Source: Thermoplasmatota archaeon (lineage in GTDB: Archaea; Thermoplasmatota; Poseidoniia; Poseidoniales; Poseidoniaceae). Taken from it: a DNA stretch of 64,000 nt. Both the position numbers and the translations under genes were made by a program. The DNA lies in contig JAYYDY010000109.1 of NCBI GenBank assembly GCA_036160375.1, forward strand, positions 1,677 through 65,676, given 5' to 3'. Positions 38,401 through 48,700 of the stretch are shown piece after piece. Positions within the stretch are counted from its first letter, which is position 1. Every line of letters starts with the position of its first letter. The notes beneath the pieces were generated by a model. It had not been told where the DNA came from and searched no databases. It saw only the letters and a program-made list of their open reading frames with translations.

Positions 38401-38448
38401 GACGTCATGGAGGCGGCCTTGGTCGACGATATCGTCGATGCGTGGTAA
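35407..38448 (+). CDS. RND-superfamily exporter (MMPL / COG1033-like), two 6-TM bundles with large external loops
   Basis: 1013 aa with two blocks of about 5-6 TM helices (around aa 370-540 and 830-990), each preceded by a large soluble domain. GTG start is preceded by GAGGTGGT. Confidence 0.7.
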   Translation: MSSGNDASNPTSEDAPTKVSSGNQRLEAIAGKSRAVRDQLVGQMKTIDSKRTLDAVLEAPKRFKREWQKTGATGAITKFPIPTVLVFLLLTAYFVSQSGFLDNTRFDDDLNNPALNVNGDLEVYLPDGSQVAELIGKVEEDWSTNVMVVYIESTKGNNITNQRILQEISYVERLLNPQLSDDSDDVIYILSLSTVLKEVNSSAPRIREAVVTEVGELGCSNDPEDNCPSREFAKELNEAFALTDEQFGGSYEIPSQTTIDLVIGEMYTDEGQPSAGMNKLARDIEGGEDGGPDGVLDRAIMAIAVTEDRPAKEIIADTQDILDAISKLERACEFEDNGEPDESEGMCTWDDLGLSMVLTGPVPITNAVTEFSFKLFWDIFPNAVVLVAIGLFIFHSDLLQAGITGMRPLQGFKVVVIAGLPTLCAVFWTLGLIGATNYEVTMTVIIVGPILLALGVSYGLHITNRYAEEEGSKDEKMRASLTSTGRAVFLSAVTTVIGFISLVFTPMAPIQTVGIALSAGIVIVYFLTMFMVPNLTLILDLKKPKHPPLKAFDVLVDVPVKRNRGVLAVFALMILLSATVGQANVEENIDLLGMAPETESPVVKMKQYSSEFEAGQVGMILVNANVSGDFNDAEQSNDDPVEILQKIDNLEGKLNTVENTTAVSVVFLMKSSGVQVTVSGQDVNELLQLVPCAGNQQCEDVKTTADVLLNQSQSLDASFWDLLNDPDAFGLPASQQSQIFLLDVFYASLTKETREIFVSEDFSRSLIYVDMPFIPVADTAKSVDMVNEMAGTFQGRYGETAEDLTGVAATAIEVNELIVGSQWTSLGFAIILTLITLAVVFRDIRYSIWTTSPVIATVALQWLVMWQMDVPLSLVTVMIGSILVGVGVDFSIHIANRIRELGGGIEAIRTAAVGTGMSLFEAAVVTSLGMYTAYDIPIPEITPFITVILILLWVAAASALVLLPAIFVTLEKMGIGAVSGGNNMAKKLGLIRTAQTSDDVMEAALVDDIVDAW

Positions 38449-38486
38449 GCGAGGAGTCCATAGACCCCTTCGTTGTCCGGTATACC

Positions 38487-38960
38487 ATGAACCACTGGCT
38501 GATGAAGTCGGAGTTGGACGTCTACCCATATTCACAATTGGTGGCTGACGGCAAAACTCATTGGGATGGCGTTCGAAACTATCAGGCCCGTAACATGATG
38601 CGGGATGCAATGAAGGAGGGCGACCTCGTGTTGTTCTATCACTCCAACACCAAACCCCCACACGTGGCAGGAGTGGCGCGGATTGCCAAGGAAGGTTATC
38701 CGGATTTCACATCGTGGGATGCTGAATGCAAGTATTTTGATGAAAAATCAACGCCAGAAAACCCCCGATGGTTCATGGTTGACATTGAACCCGTTCTTGA
38801 ATTGAACATGGTCTCTCTGCACGACATGAAGGAGAACCCCAATCTTGAGGGGATGCCGCTTCTGCAACGAGGCCAACGGCTGTCCGTCCAACCCGTCGAA
38901 GCCACGCACTTTGAGGAGGTGCTGGCCATGGCCGGCGTGTCTCGTGATGACTTGAACTGA
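38487..38960 (+). CDS. EVE (PUA-like, DUF55) domain protein
   Basis: MNHWLMKSE...WDGVRNYQARNMMRDAMKEGDLVLFYHSN...HVAGVARIAKEGYPD...RWFMVDI is the EVE-domain consensus. Confidence 0.8.
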   Translation: MNHWLMKSELDVYPYSQLVADGKTHWDGVRNYQARNMMRDAMKEGDLVLFYHSNTKPPHVAGVARIAKEGYPDFTSWDAECKYFDEKSTPENPRWFMVDIEPVLELNMVSLHDMKENPNLEGMPLLQRGQRLSVQPVEATHFEEVLAMAGVSRDDLN

Positions 38961-38962
38961 GG

Positions 38963-40195
38963 GTGGAACAGATGTCCGGGCCCATTCCAGTTTCCTCCCG
39001 TGCAGCCAACATCGAATACGCCATACGCGATGTGGTCGTGCCTGCTGTTGAATTGGAGTCGCAGGGCCATGAGATCATCAAACTCAACATCGGGGATCCG
39101 ATTGCCTACCCTGGCCTGCCAACACCCCCGCACATGGTCGAGGCCTATGCCAGCGCACTGACGGACGGGCAGAATGGATATTCGCCCTCGTACGGGATAC
39201 CAGCGCTTCGTGAAGCCATCGCCCGTGATGAACAACGGAAAGGATGGCCGGCCACAGCCGACGACGTCTATGTTTGCCATGGCGTAACCGAAGCTTTGCA
39301 GTTGATTTTTGCCGCCGTCCTCGAGGAGGGCAGCAAGGTGCTCGCGCCCGGTCCTCACTACCCACCCTACATGGCCTATCCTCAGATGTACGGTGCAGAA
39401 ACCGTGGAATACCAACTTCACAGTGACGATGAGTGGAAACCTGACTTTAGCGATATTCGCGCAAAAATGGACGACGATGTTCGTCTTTTGGTGCTCATCA
39501 ACCCTAACAATCCGTGCGGCACGGTGTGCGGGCCGGCAGAGGTCGATGCCCTGCTGGCGATTGCGCGAGACCATCCCAACTGCATTGTCGTGGCGGACGA
39601 GATTTACGACGGACTCGATTTTACGGGAGAACATGTTTCGGTCGCCAGCCGAAGTTCGGACGTTCCCGTTATTTCGCTGAACGGTGTCTCAAAGGTGTAC
39701 TACGCACCTGGATGGCGCATTGGATACATGGCCTTGCACGACCCGACCAACCGTCTTGCACTTGTTCGGGACGGGCTTGAACGCCTGCTGCGTTCAAGAC
39801 TCTGTGCGTCAACACCGGCTCAACTTGGCTACCTCGCAGGCCTTGAGGGCGACCGCCAATGGATGGAGGATTATGCTCAACGGGTGCTCAACCAGCGAAA
39901 CCACTGCCTCAAACGCATTGAGGGCATTGAAGGCCTTGAGGTGGAACGACCAGGTGGTGCGTTTTACATGTTCATTCGTTTGACCGACGACCACTGGGCT
40001 GCTGATGACAAAGCCTTCGTTCTCAAACTCCTCCACGAGGAACACGTGTTGCTGGTTCACGGTAGCGGTTTTTCACCTGAACTTGGGAAAGGTCACGTTC
40101 GATTGGTGTACTTGGCCGATACCGATGTCTTGGATGTGGCCTTTGACCGGATGGAGCGGTTTTTGGAAAAACACCGCAGCGCCCGGATGTCGTAG
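38963..40195 (+). CDS. class I/II pyridoxal-phosphate aminotransferase (alanine/aspartate aminotransferase-like)
   Basis: IKLNIGDP, NGYSPSYGIPALREAIA, INPNNPCG, SLNGVSKVYYAPGWRIGY (PLP Lys) and RLVY. Start is GTG 38963 or ATG 38972. Confidence 0.85.
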   Translation: MEQMSGPIPVSSRAANIEYAIRDVVVPAVELESQGHEIIKLNIGDPIAYPGLPTPPHMVEAYASALTDGQNGYSPSYGIPALREAIARDEQRKGWPATADDVYVCHGVTEALQLIFAAVLEEGSKVLAPGPHYPPYMAYPQMYGAETVEYQLHSDDEWKPDFSDIRAKMDDDVRLLVLINPNNPCGTVCGPAEVDALLAIARDHPNCIVVADEIYDGLDFTGEHVSVASRSSDVPVISLNGVSKVYYAPGWRIGYMALHDPTNRLALVRDGLERLLRSRLCASTPAQLGYLAGLEGDRQWMEDYAQRVLNQRNHCLKRIEGIEGLEVERPGGAFYMFIRLTDDHWAADDKAFVLKLLHEEHVLLVHGSGFSPELGKGHVRLVYLADTDVLDVAFDRMERFLEKHRSARMS

Positions 40196-40229
40196 GAATT
40201 TTCATGAAGCATCGGGCCAAGCCGGCGCC

Positions 40230-43226
40230 ATGAGGCGGCTGAATCAGTGCACTATCGCATTGGTCTGCGCCATGATGTTTCTCCCAACCGTATCTGCTGC
40301 GACGGTCTCCACCTCCACGACCGTCTCATTGGAATCCGTGGGTCCGTTGCTGTTGGCGCTGGTCATCGCCTACTTCGTTCGCCGGTGGTTTATTCCCCAG
40401 CAATTGAAGAACTTGCAAGTCGCTTTTGAGATTGAGGACGACCTCTACGAAGTGCACCGTATCACTCGAACGCTCCGTGACTCTCGTCGTCTCCTGCGAG
40501 CCAAACGGGTGGGTTACGGCGTCCTTCTCTACATGATGGGTCTAACGGGCGTGTTGATTCTCATCGCTGAGTTGCTGTTCAACGCTGAGGTGTTTGCTCA
40601 GTTCAATCTCTACATCATTGCTGGATTGATTTTGATTCCAGTGGTCATTTCACCATGGGAATCTCTGAACAGTCAGCTCTCATCACGTCAACGTGACGTT
40701 CGATCGTCGGTGGGTACCGAGTTGATTCGGCGAGTGTTCTCCCTCGCCTTCTTGGTGATCATCACCCTGTTGGTGTTGGCGTACGGTATCCAAATCGAAG
40801 GGACACTGACGCCCACATGGCTCGCTTTCGCGATGTTAACCTTCATGGCGCCAACCATTTTTGCCTACGGGCGCATCATGGGTGCTTCTTGGAACATGCT
40901 GCTGATCAACAAATGGCGGACCACCCGAGGCAGAAAAAACCCCATCGATCCGGACAAAAACGGTTTCATCGGACGAATCTTCTCGTTTCTTCTCGTCTTG
41001 TTCCTGTTGACCATGCCCATCACGGCATTGAATGGCATCCTTACGGTGCTGTATGTCATGCTCAACAACCCACCCAACGCCGAAGAGGTGTTGAATTTCG
41101 GCGGCATCATCGGTTATTCCATCTACGTTCGAATTGATGTGATTTCTGAATTCCTGTTCCACTGGGAGTTCATCAAATCGCTTCCTCAGTTCTTGTCGCT
41201 CTATCTGACGCTGAACATCGCCATTGTAGGATTGGCGTTCATCTTTGAACTGACTCGGAACTTGATTCTTGGCGGTCAATCCTTTGGTGGAATGTTTGGC
41301 GTGGTGTTGGATACACCACGTGAAATACGAGCAGAAAAGGCCGCACAAGCACGACAATTGACGTTCGCATTTGCCGGCTTCTCTGGCTACACCGTGTTGT
41401 TGTTGATCTTGGTGTGCTACAAAGAATTCGGCGACCTTATGCCGTTCACGGCCACCTTGGAAGCCAATGATTTCGACGAAGAGATGCGCCTGTTGACCGT
41501 TTGGCTGTTCATTGCCGTTGGCCAACTGATCTTTTTGATGACCTGGTTGCTGTCGATCAGCAAATTTGGTCATTTGACCAAACTTCGATTTGATCTCAAT
41601 CCCGATGAGCGAAGAGAAGGTGCTGTTCTCCTCGAAGGTGGCGACCGACTTCAAAACCTCGTCGAAAACGCTGCCTACAACGAAGATTTGGACATGTTGA
41701 TTCGAATACAAACCCATGATTTCCCTGGCGACCAGGCCTTGATTCGACAGGAACAGTCCCGCGCTTCCATGTGGGAAAAAGCGCTTCGTGGTCTCTGGCC
41801 ACAAGCCATCGAAGAAAGCCGGAAACTTCTGGCTCAGTCCGGTGGCGACAACGACGAAGCTCGCATGCTGATTGCGACTGGATACATGGCGTTGAGGAGA
41901 CTGGATGCCGCACGGGAGGCGCTTCACGGGTTGCAACAACCTGAAGGCTACGACGAGCCCGAGATTTTGTCGTTCGTTTGTGAATGGCTGGACCCGTGGC
42001 GAGGAGCCGTCACCGAAGATGATTTGTGGGATTGGGAGAACAATTCAACCATCGATTACATCCAGCAGCTCCAACGTATGATGAAATCGTGGAAGCCGCA
42101 ACCGGCGGAAATGGCCCTCCACAATGACAAGTTGACGCAGACAGGGCAACTCACGATGGTGGCGCTCCTCCGTGCTCAACGTCGATACGACGAGGCCTTG
42201 GAGTTGGCCATGTCGTTGGTTCGGGGCGACCCCATTGGCGTCCGACCTCGCATTGCAGTTGCGTTGAGTTTGCTCGATACCGGGCAATGGCACGATGCGA
42301 AATCGGTCTTGGACGAACTCATCAAAAGCGACAGCAAGGACCCACGTGTTCAGGCGCTCGCCGTCATTTTTGGATACGGCACCAAGGGCCGTGAGCATCT
42401 CGAGGTCTCGCTCATTCTTGATGATGCAAAAGAAACCAAGAAGTGGTTGGATGTTGCCCCCGTGAACTCCTATGCGGCTGTTCTTCAAAAAGGTGGATTG
42501 GACGAGGCCATGAACGCCAACGTCTTGATTGCAGCCCACGAGGCGACGCGGCGGGCCGTTGCTCCACGTTATTCTCCAAGTATCTTGGCAAGCATTTTTC
42601 AGTACTTGGTGCTGATTCCCATCTATTTCGTGTTGGGGATCTTTGTCTACCAAGAGGTGGGAGACGCGCAGGGCCTCGCCGTTTTGGGAGGGCTCTTGTT
42701 CATCCACTACTCCTACCGCCGCGTAACACGCCAACAGGAGCATCAAATTCGCCATCGAGACCAACGTGGGATGATCAAGTATGCACGGCGACTCAAGCGG
42801 TTCAAAGCCGTTCCTGAGGCGAGCAACATCCCCATCGGAAACCACCTCCTGCTCGGTGGTATTTTGGTCACGGTGAACGGGGTTGTCCTGGACATCGGAT
42901 ACCCTGCGTGGATGTCTGAACGCTTGGCAAAAGAACCTGAGAAAAAGGTGCGTCAGCGCCTCAGAAAGCGCGCCGTGAAACTCGAGAAAGGCAAAACACC
43001 GAGGGTCTCACCCCTTGGGAAAGCTTGGTGGCTTAAGCGACCCAAAGAGCATGATGAAAGTGGTCCGGTCTTGGAGCGGACCATTGGTCCGGTCGCTTAT
43101 CGGGGTCGAACCAATTACACACGGAAGAAAGAGCCCCAGGCGCTCAATGATGCTGCTCAAGGGAAAGAAACCCCCTTGCAGAAGCGTTTCATTCCGCGGA
43201 ACACGATTCGAAGTGAGCGCGCTTGA
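40230..43226 (+). CDS. large membrane protein with a signal peptide, more than 10 TM helices, an internal TPR-like helical-repeat region and a basic C-terminal tail
   Basis: MRRLNQCTIALVCAMMFLPTVSAAT signal. TPR-like stretches include EARMLIATGYMALRRLDAAREAL and YDEALELAMSLVRGDP...DTGQWHDAKSVLDELI. The ORF-track start at 40005 overlaps the aminotransferase gene, so ATG 40230 is preferred. Confidence 0.7.
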   Translation: MRRLNQCTIALVCAMMFLPTVSAATVSTSTTVSLESVGPLLLALVIAYFVRRWFIPQQLKNLQVAFEIEDDLYEVHRITRTLRDSRRLLRAKRVGYGVLLYMMGLTGVLILIAELLFNAEVFAQFNLYIIAGLILIPVVISPWESLNSQLSSRQRDVRSSVGTELIRRVFSLAFLVIITLLVLAYGIQIEGTLTPTWLAFAMLTFMAPTIFAYGRIMGASWNMLLINKWRTTRGRKNPIDPDKNGFIGRIFSFLLVLFLLTMPITALNGILTVLYVMLNNPPNAEEVLNFGGIIGYSIYVRIDVISEFLFHWEFIKSLPQFLSLYLTLNIAIVGLAFIFELTRNLILGGQSFGGMFGVVLDTPREIRAEKAAQARQLTFAFAGFSGYTVLLLILVCYKEFGDLMPFTATLEANDFDEEMRLLTVWLFIAVGQLIFLMTWLLSISKFGHLTKLRFDLNPDERREGAVLLEGGDRLQNLVENAAYNEDLDMLIRIQTHDFPGDQALIRQEQSRASMWEKALRGLWPQAIEESRKLLAQSGGDNDEARMLIATGYMALRRLDAAREALHGLQQPEGYDEPEILSFVCEWLDPWRGAVTEDDLWDWENNSTIDYIQQLQRMMKSWKPQPAEMALHNDKLTQTGQLTMVALLRAQRRYDEALELAMSLVRGDPIGVRPRIAVALSLLDTGQWHDAKSVLDELIKSDSKDPRVQALAVIFGYGTKGREHLEVSLILDDAKETKKWLDVAPVNSYAAVLQKGGLDEAMNANVLIAAHEATRRAVAPRYSPSILASIFQYLVLIPIYFVLGIFVYQEVGDAQGLAVLGGLLFIHYSYRRVTRQQEHQIRHRDQRGMIKYARRLKRFKAVPEASNIPIGNHLLLGGILVTVNGVVLDIGYPAWMSERLAKEPEKKVRQRLRKRAVKLEKGKTPRVSPLGKAWWLKRPKEHDESGPVLERTIGPVAYRGRTNYTRKKEPQALNDAAQGKETPLQKRFIPRNTIRSERA

Positions 43227-43281
43227 GGTTGTTCAGCAGGGTTGACGAGGGTTCAAAGACTGACCCTTCCTTTCTCGGCTC

Positions 43282-44595
43282 ATGACACACCCTGCAGGTG
43301 GATGGCCGGCTGCTTCTGAGCATCTCAAATTGGCATCAACGGTTCGTGATGCCGTCAAATCAAGCGGGGAGTTGTACCGTCTCGGGTTGGGGATGATCGC
43401 TTCAGAAAACATCGTTTCCCCAGCGGTGCGGGACATCGTTTCCAGCGACCTTCACGGAAGATACGCAGAAGGGTTGCCCGGAAAACGCTACTACCAAGGG
43501 TGTGATGATTTTGACACGATTGAAGCCTTGGGAATTGACCTCGCACAGCAGGTCTTTGGGGCTTCGTTTGCCAACATCCAAAGCGTCTCCGGGACGGTCT
43601 CCAACATCGGGGCGCTCAAGGTGCTGGCCAAGCCAGGGGATGCCATCACGGCAGTATCCACTGCAGACGGCGGGCATATTTCTCACGCAAGAATGGGGGC
43701 GGTCGGTCTTCGAGACCTCAACCTCACCACCTATCCGTGGGACGAAGAGCGAATGGAACCCGATGTAGATGCTGCGTGCAAAACCATTCGCGAGGTCCAA
43801 CCCAAGGTGGCGTTGTTTGGACAATCTGTGTTTCTGTTTCCTACGCCGTTGGAGGAAATGGCGGCTGCGGCGAAAGAGGTCGGCGCATCGGTGATGTACG
43901 ACGGTGCGCATGTCCTCGGGCTCATCGCCGGCGGTCAGTTCCAAGATCCACTTCGAGAGGGTGCGGATTTGATGACAGGCTCAAGCCACAAGACTTTCCC
44001 GGGCCCCCAAGGTGGTTTCTTACTCTCTTCATCTGAAGACCCTACCTTCCAGCGTCGCCTGAACAATGCCATGTTCCCCGGCGTGTGTTCATCGTACCAT
44101 CTTCACCACGTCGCAGGCAAGGTCATGGCGCTTGCGGAATTCATGGAATACGGGGAAGCCTACGCCAGGGACACGGTCACCAACGCCCAAGCCTTTGCGG
44201 CGGCGCTGGCGAGCGAGGGTTTTGATGTCTTGGCAGAGAGCAGAGGCTACACCGCCTCACACCAAGTGTTGACCCGCCACGGCGACCTCGATTCCGGAGC
44301 CGGTGCCAAAGCGGCAAAGCTACTCGAGGATGCCGGCATCATCACAAACATGAACATGCTTCCGGGCGACACCAAAGCCCTGTCACCCTCCGGCCTGCGT
44401 TTGGGCGTCCAAGAATTGACTCGGGTTGGCTTCACGCCCGCCGACATGGAAGAAGTGGCTCGGTTTTACGCTCGGGTTTTGCTGGCCGGTGAAGACCCAA
44501 GCCATGTCCGCAAGGACGTTCACGCACTGAAACTCAATCACCAGACCGTACGTTATTGTTTCAACGAAGACGGTCGACCGGGTTATCCCGAATAG
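43282..44595 (+). CDS. glyA: serine hydroxymethyltransferase
   Basis: LGMIASENIVSPAVRD, RYAEGLPGKRYYQGC, GGHISH and GSSHKTFPGPQGG (PLP Lys). Confidence 0.9.
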   Translation: MTHPAGGWPAASEHLKLASTVRDAVKSSGELYRLGLGMIASENIVSPAVRDIVSSDLHGRYAEGLPGKRYYQGCDDFDTIEALGIDLAQQVFGASFANIQSVSGTVSNIGALKVLAKPGDAITAVSTADGGHISHARMGAVGLRDLNLTTYPWDEERMEPDVDAACKTIREVQPKVALFGQSVFLFPTPLEEMAAAAKEVGASVMYDGAHVLGLIAGGQFQDPLREGADLMTGSSHKTFPGPQGGFLLSSSEDPTFQRRLNNAMFPGVCSSYHLHHVAGKVMALAEFMEYGEAYARDTVTNAQAFAAALASEGFDVLAESRGYTASHQVLTRHGDLDSGAGAKAAKLLEDAGIITNMNMLPGDTKALSPSGLRLGVQELTRVGFTPADMEEVARFYARVLLAGEDPSHVRKDVHALKLNHQTVRYCFNEDGRPGYPE

Positions 44596-44596
44596 G

Positions 44597-45631
44597 GTGG
44601 TTCGAGTGCCGTCTAGCACGTGCTTGGATGGATTTGAATTTCGCGATGATGGTTTCTTCTTTGATGCGGAGGGGTCCGCCTGTGTGTTGGTCGGGACGAT
44701 TGAATTCAACGATTTTTGGAACGCCTTTGATGCGTGTTTCTCCTCCCCATTGGGGCGAAAACTCATCTACGCTGCCACGGATGCTGAAGAATCTCACTTG
44801 GCCACGACCCAACAGGCAAAATTCGGTAAGTGGTTTGGCCGTCGGCGTGTTGAGGCTTACCTGAACGGCCGTGCTGCTTGCATGGGTTGGGGTGTGTTCC
44901 AACATCTCCAGATCACTGCACCTGCTCATGACGCACTCACGGTCGGATTCTTGCTGGCCCATCAGGAACATCTCGCCAACGAGCGGTTGAACCTTGAATG
45001 GAGTCAACCCACGAACGATCAAATCCTGTTGACCTTGAGGCCAAACCAACGAGAGATGACGGCTCCACCGCCTATCCACGCCCTGGCATGGCTGGCTTCA
45101 AACGGTGAAGAGAACCGACCCTCCAATCCTCGTCTTCTCGACCTCGACCATCGAGGTGCGACGCTCTACGCTGGGGAGGCCAAGTCCTTCTTCCTCCCCG
45201 TTGCCGTCCTTCAGCGGCTTGTCGCCGACCTTCGTGGTCGGCCGATAGAGGTCGATGGAGCCGTGGCTCATTGGGAACTTGATGAGGCCATCGAAGACGG
45301 TGATTTGTTCAAAGCGGTCGCTCATGCAGCCCACATTGCTTACAACAACACCGACCGTTTGGTTTACCTGCAATCACGCAATGATTGGAGCGGTCATCTT
45401 TCTCTCCATCTCAGCGACCGTGGTTTTGGCCATGTTGAAATCATTCGGAGTCTCCTCGACGGCGATGATTGCACAGAATTTTTGATTCATTCTTCGCTTC
45501 CAGCCGTGGTGGCAGGCACCGTTTTCGGCATGTGGTGCAGAGCTCACGGACTTCGAGGGGAGGCTGCTTGTACGATGGCGGATGGGTGCCTCAGATTGGT
45601 CGTTCGGCCACCGAAAATGAATTACGATTAA
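44597..45631 (+). CDS. hypothetical protein; possibly two V4R-like small-molecule-binding halves (low confidence)
   Basis: GTG start 1 nt after the glyA stop. The pattern repeats in the two halves: ...ACMGWGVFQHL... and ...DRGFGHVEII...C.EF...S.LPAVVAGTVFGMW. This is a pattern match only. Confidence 0.55.
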   Translation: MVRVPSSTCLDGFEFRDDGFFFDAEGSACVLVGTIEFNDFWNAFDACFSSPLGRKLIYAATDAEESHLATTQQAKFGKWFGRRRVEAYLNGRAACMGWGVFQHLQITAPAHDALTVGFLLAHQEHLANERLNLEWSQPTNDQILLTLRPNQREMTAPPPIHALAWLASNGEENRPSNPRLLDLDHRGATLYAGEAKSFFLPVAVLQRLVADLRGRPIEVDGAVAHWELDEAIEDGDLFKAVAHAAHIAYNNTDRLVYLQSRNDWSGHLSLHLSDRGFGHVEIIRSLLDGDDCTEFLIHSSLPAVVAGTVFGMWCRAHGLRGEAACTMADGCLRLVVRPPKMNYD

Positions 45632-45740
45632 AATTTACATAAACGAGTCACGGGGATTGAATTTTCTGCCCATCTTTGGTCAAGGTTCATAACCGAAACA
45701 ACGCCTCGGTTGAGTCGCACAACAGTGCCGGGTGTCACCC

Positions 45741-48700
45741 ATGAGTCTAAATCACAACCAAATGGCGTACGTGGCGATTGTTTCAACCCTCATTTTTGGC
45801 TCTCTTTTCGTTGGTGTCTCCGGTTTTTTCCAAACAAGCGAAGACATCGGTGGATTTGAAAGCGCCGTCGAAGAAGACATCCGTGGCGACACGGTCCCCA
45901 TCGATGCTGCCATCGACTCAGACGGTGATGGTCTCTCAGACAAACTCGAGGAGACCCAATACGGCACCGATGTGAATGATCCGGATACGGATAACGACGG
46001 TATGAGTGATGGTTGGGAAGTTCAACACGGATTGAATCCACTCGATAACGGCGAATCAGAGGACCTTGAGGTCGATCCGACGCAGAACCAAGACTCCAGC
46101 GACGCTCAAGTTGAGAACGAAACCGAATCGTGGCCCGACCCCAGCCAAGGTCCAAACGGCGACCCTGACAGGGATGGCCTTACCAACCAAGCCGAGCAAG
46201 AACTCGGTACAGACCCCCAGCGCGCCGACACCGACAACGATGGTCTGAACGACCGTTGGGAGTCGCTCTACACCACCAGCGTCCAGACGCCAGGCGGTGA
46301 AGTCATTCTGTTCAACCCTCTTGACGGGAACTGGGATTGTCTGCTCCTCGACCAAGCCATGGTTGACGCCCTCGAAAGCCGATTCAACGGTGAAAACGGC
46401 ATGGCGGACTGGGATGACTTGGCTTCGAATGACCGCCACTCCTGTGACATGGTCCTCGATACGGACGACGACGGGCTCGCCAACTTCGAAGAGGAAGCCT
46501 TCGGAACAAACCCCACTGCGCGAGACTCCGACATGGATTTGATCGACGACATCGTCGAGGTTGCCAACAACGGAACCATCGCTCTCTTCACCGGCATGGG
46601 CGAGTCCTGCAACGAACCGTTGCTCCAATCGGTGCCACGTATCGGCCCCTTCAACGGCGTCGAGCGCAGCTGGTTCTTGATGGACATGGACGGCGATGGA
46701 TTGCTGAACGGCCCCTCTGATTGGGACACGGACGGCGACGGTATGCCCGACGGATTTGAGTACTGTTATTCGGACCCCACCATGGCGCCAAATGCTGCTT
46801 ATGTGCTGAACCCAGCCAACGCCTCCGACGGATACGGCGATTGGGACGAAGACGGCATGAACAACCTCGAGGAGTACCAAGTCGCCCAACTTTTCGGTGA
46901 GGGCAACTTTACCTCCCCGTGGTTGGAAGACACCGACCAAGACGAGATGCCAGATCAGTGGGAGGCCTCCAACGGACTTCACCCACGCTCGGCTTCCAAC
47001 CGAGACCAAGACCCCGACATGGACGGGTACGACCTTGATGGCGACGGCCATGTGATGTACAGTGAACTCGAGAACACCGCCATCGTTCACACGGTCGATG
47101 TCGTGCTTGGACAGCAAGTTTCTGAGAACCAACAAGTGGCCTCTGCCCGAATCACGCTCGCCGGTGGCAACCAGCAGGTGATTCCCATGCGTGCGCCCGT
47201 TGACGGCTACGTCTACGAACTCAATGTGGTCGTGGGACAAAGCATTGACTCTCGACTGTTTGCTTGGATGAACATCGTTGAGGAAGAAGAGCGGTTCACC
47301 AACGTCATGGAGTACAAAGCCAACGACCGAGATCAAGATGGCATCCTCGACGGACGAAGCACCAACCCGCTCAATGCAGATACCGACAACGATGGACTCA
47401 TCGACGGCATCGAAGTCATGGGTTGGGAAATCCTCGTGGTGAATCGAGGTGTCCAGCCCACTTGGGTCACCTCCGATCCAGGTCTCTACGACACGGATGC
47501 GGATGGTCTGTCCGATTACGCAGAATACTCCTCGACTTGCAACCTTGGCGGCTCCAATGCCTCCAACCCAGACACGGACTCTGATGGTTTGACAGACCTC
47601 GAGGAAGCCGGTGACAACTTCATGTGGGAAGGCGAGACCTATTCCACCAGCCCGTGCATGTTTGACACCGATAACGACGGTCTTGAGGACGGAGAAGAAG
47701 TTGTTGCAGGCGCTGATAACTTCTTGACGCACGCCAACAACTCGGACACCGACGATGACGGTCTCATCGACGGGCAGGAAGTCCTCTTTGTGCCGCGTCC
47801 GTTCCAGAACCCCACCAACCCGCTGTTGAACGATACGGACGGGGATGAAATGCTTGACGGATGGGAAATGCAGGTGAAGTCTGCTGAAGACAACACCAAC
47901 TCTCACAGTCTTTGGGTGGCGACGTCAACCTGGGAACGCCCCGGTTGCGAATCCACGCAAACCAACTCGTGTACGATGCAACCCGGTGGCTATGTTTGGC
48001 AAAACTGGTTGGGCGGATTCGCGCTTGAACCCAAATTCCAGGTCAGTGAAATGAACCTCACCGGTTTCCAGATGCCCACCAACCCACTCTGTGATGGCTG
48101 CAATGGACGATGGGCTCTTGATCCATCACTGAGTTCGTTGAAGGATGACACCTTCGACGTCGATAACGACACCCTCGCCAACGGCATGGAAGCGCCTGAC
48201 CGCTGGAACACCAACCCGGTTGACGACGACACCGACGGGGACATGCTGCCCGACGGTTGGGAAGTTTACTACTCGCAACTTGCCTTTGAAAACGGTCTTG
48301 CCGACAACGAGACCGTTGGTGTGTACGGCGCCCGCGGTGTCATGGACCCCGCCATGCCCGACAGTGACTTGGACGGCATCAATGACGGCCTCGAGGATCC
48401 GGACATGGATGGACTGAACCGAACAGGCCTCATCAAACGCTACTGCCCGGGCTACAACGATTCGACCAACTCTGAGTGCAACATTGATCCCGACTCGCCT
48501 GACGGCCAACGCTTCTATGACAATTTGGAAAATTACACCAACTTCGAAGAGATGCAGAACGGTACCAACCCGATCACCAACGACACGGACGGAGACGATT
48601 GGAACGACGGGCCTGAAGTCTACTACCAAGACCACGATGACGACGGTATGGCCACGGGATGGGAGTACCACTTCCAGTTTGATCCGTTCGACGGGGCGGA

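Noticed and set aside
40005-40229. Upstream extension of the large membrane-protein ORF (the track start at 40005).
   Set aside because: It overlaps the 3' end of the aminotransferase gene in another frame. A Met followed by a clear signal peptide begins at 40230.
43227-43281. A short hairpin (AGGGT-N10-ACCCT) followed by TCCTTTCT after the membrane/TPR gene, considered as a terminator.
   Set aside because: The stem is only 5 bp and the T-tract is weak. It is not distinguishable from chance.
46056-47906. A 616-aa ORF on the minus strand, the fourth-longest ORF in the listing.
   Set aside because: It is entirely antisense to the TSP3-repeat gene. Its translation is low-complexity V/G/H-rich, the mirror of GAC/GAT repeats, with no motifs. 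It is a shadow ORF produced by stop-poor repetitive coding DNA.
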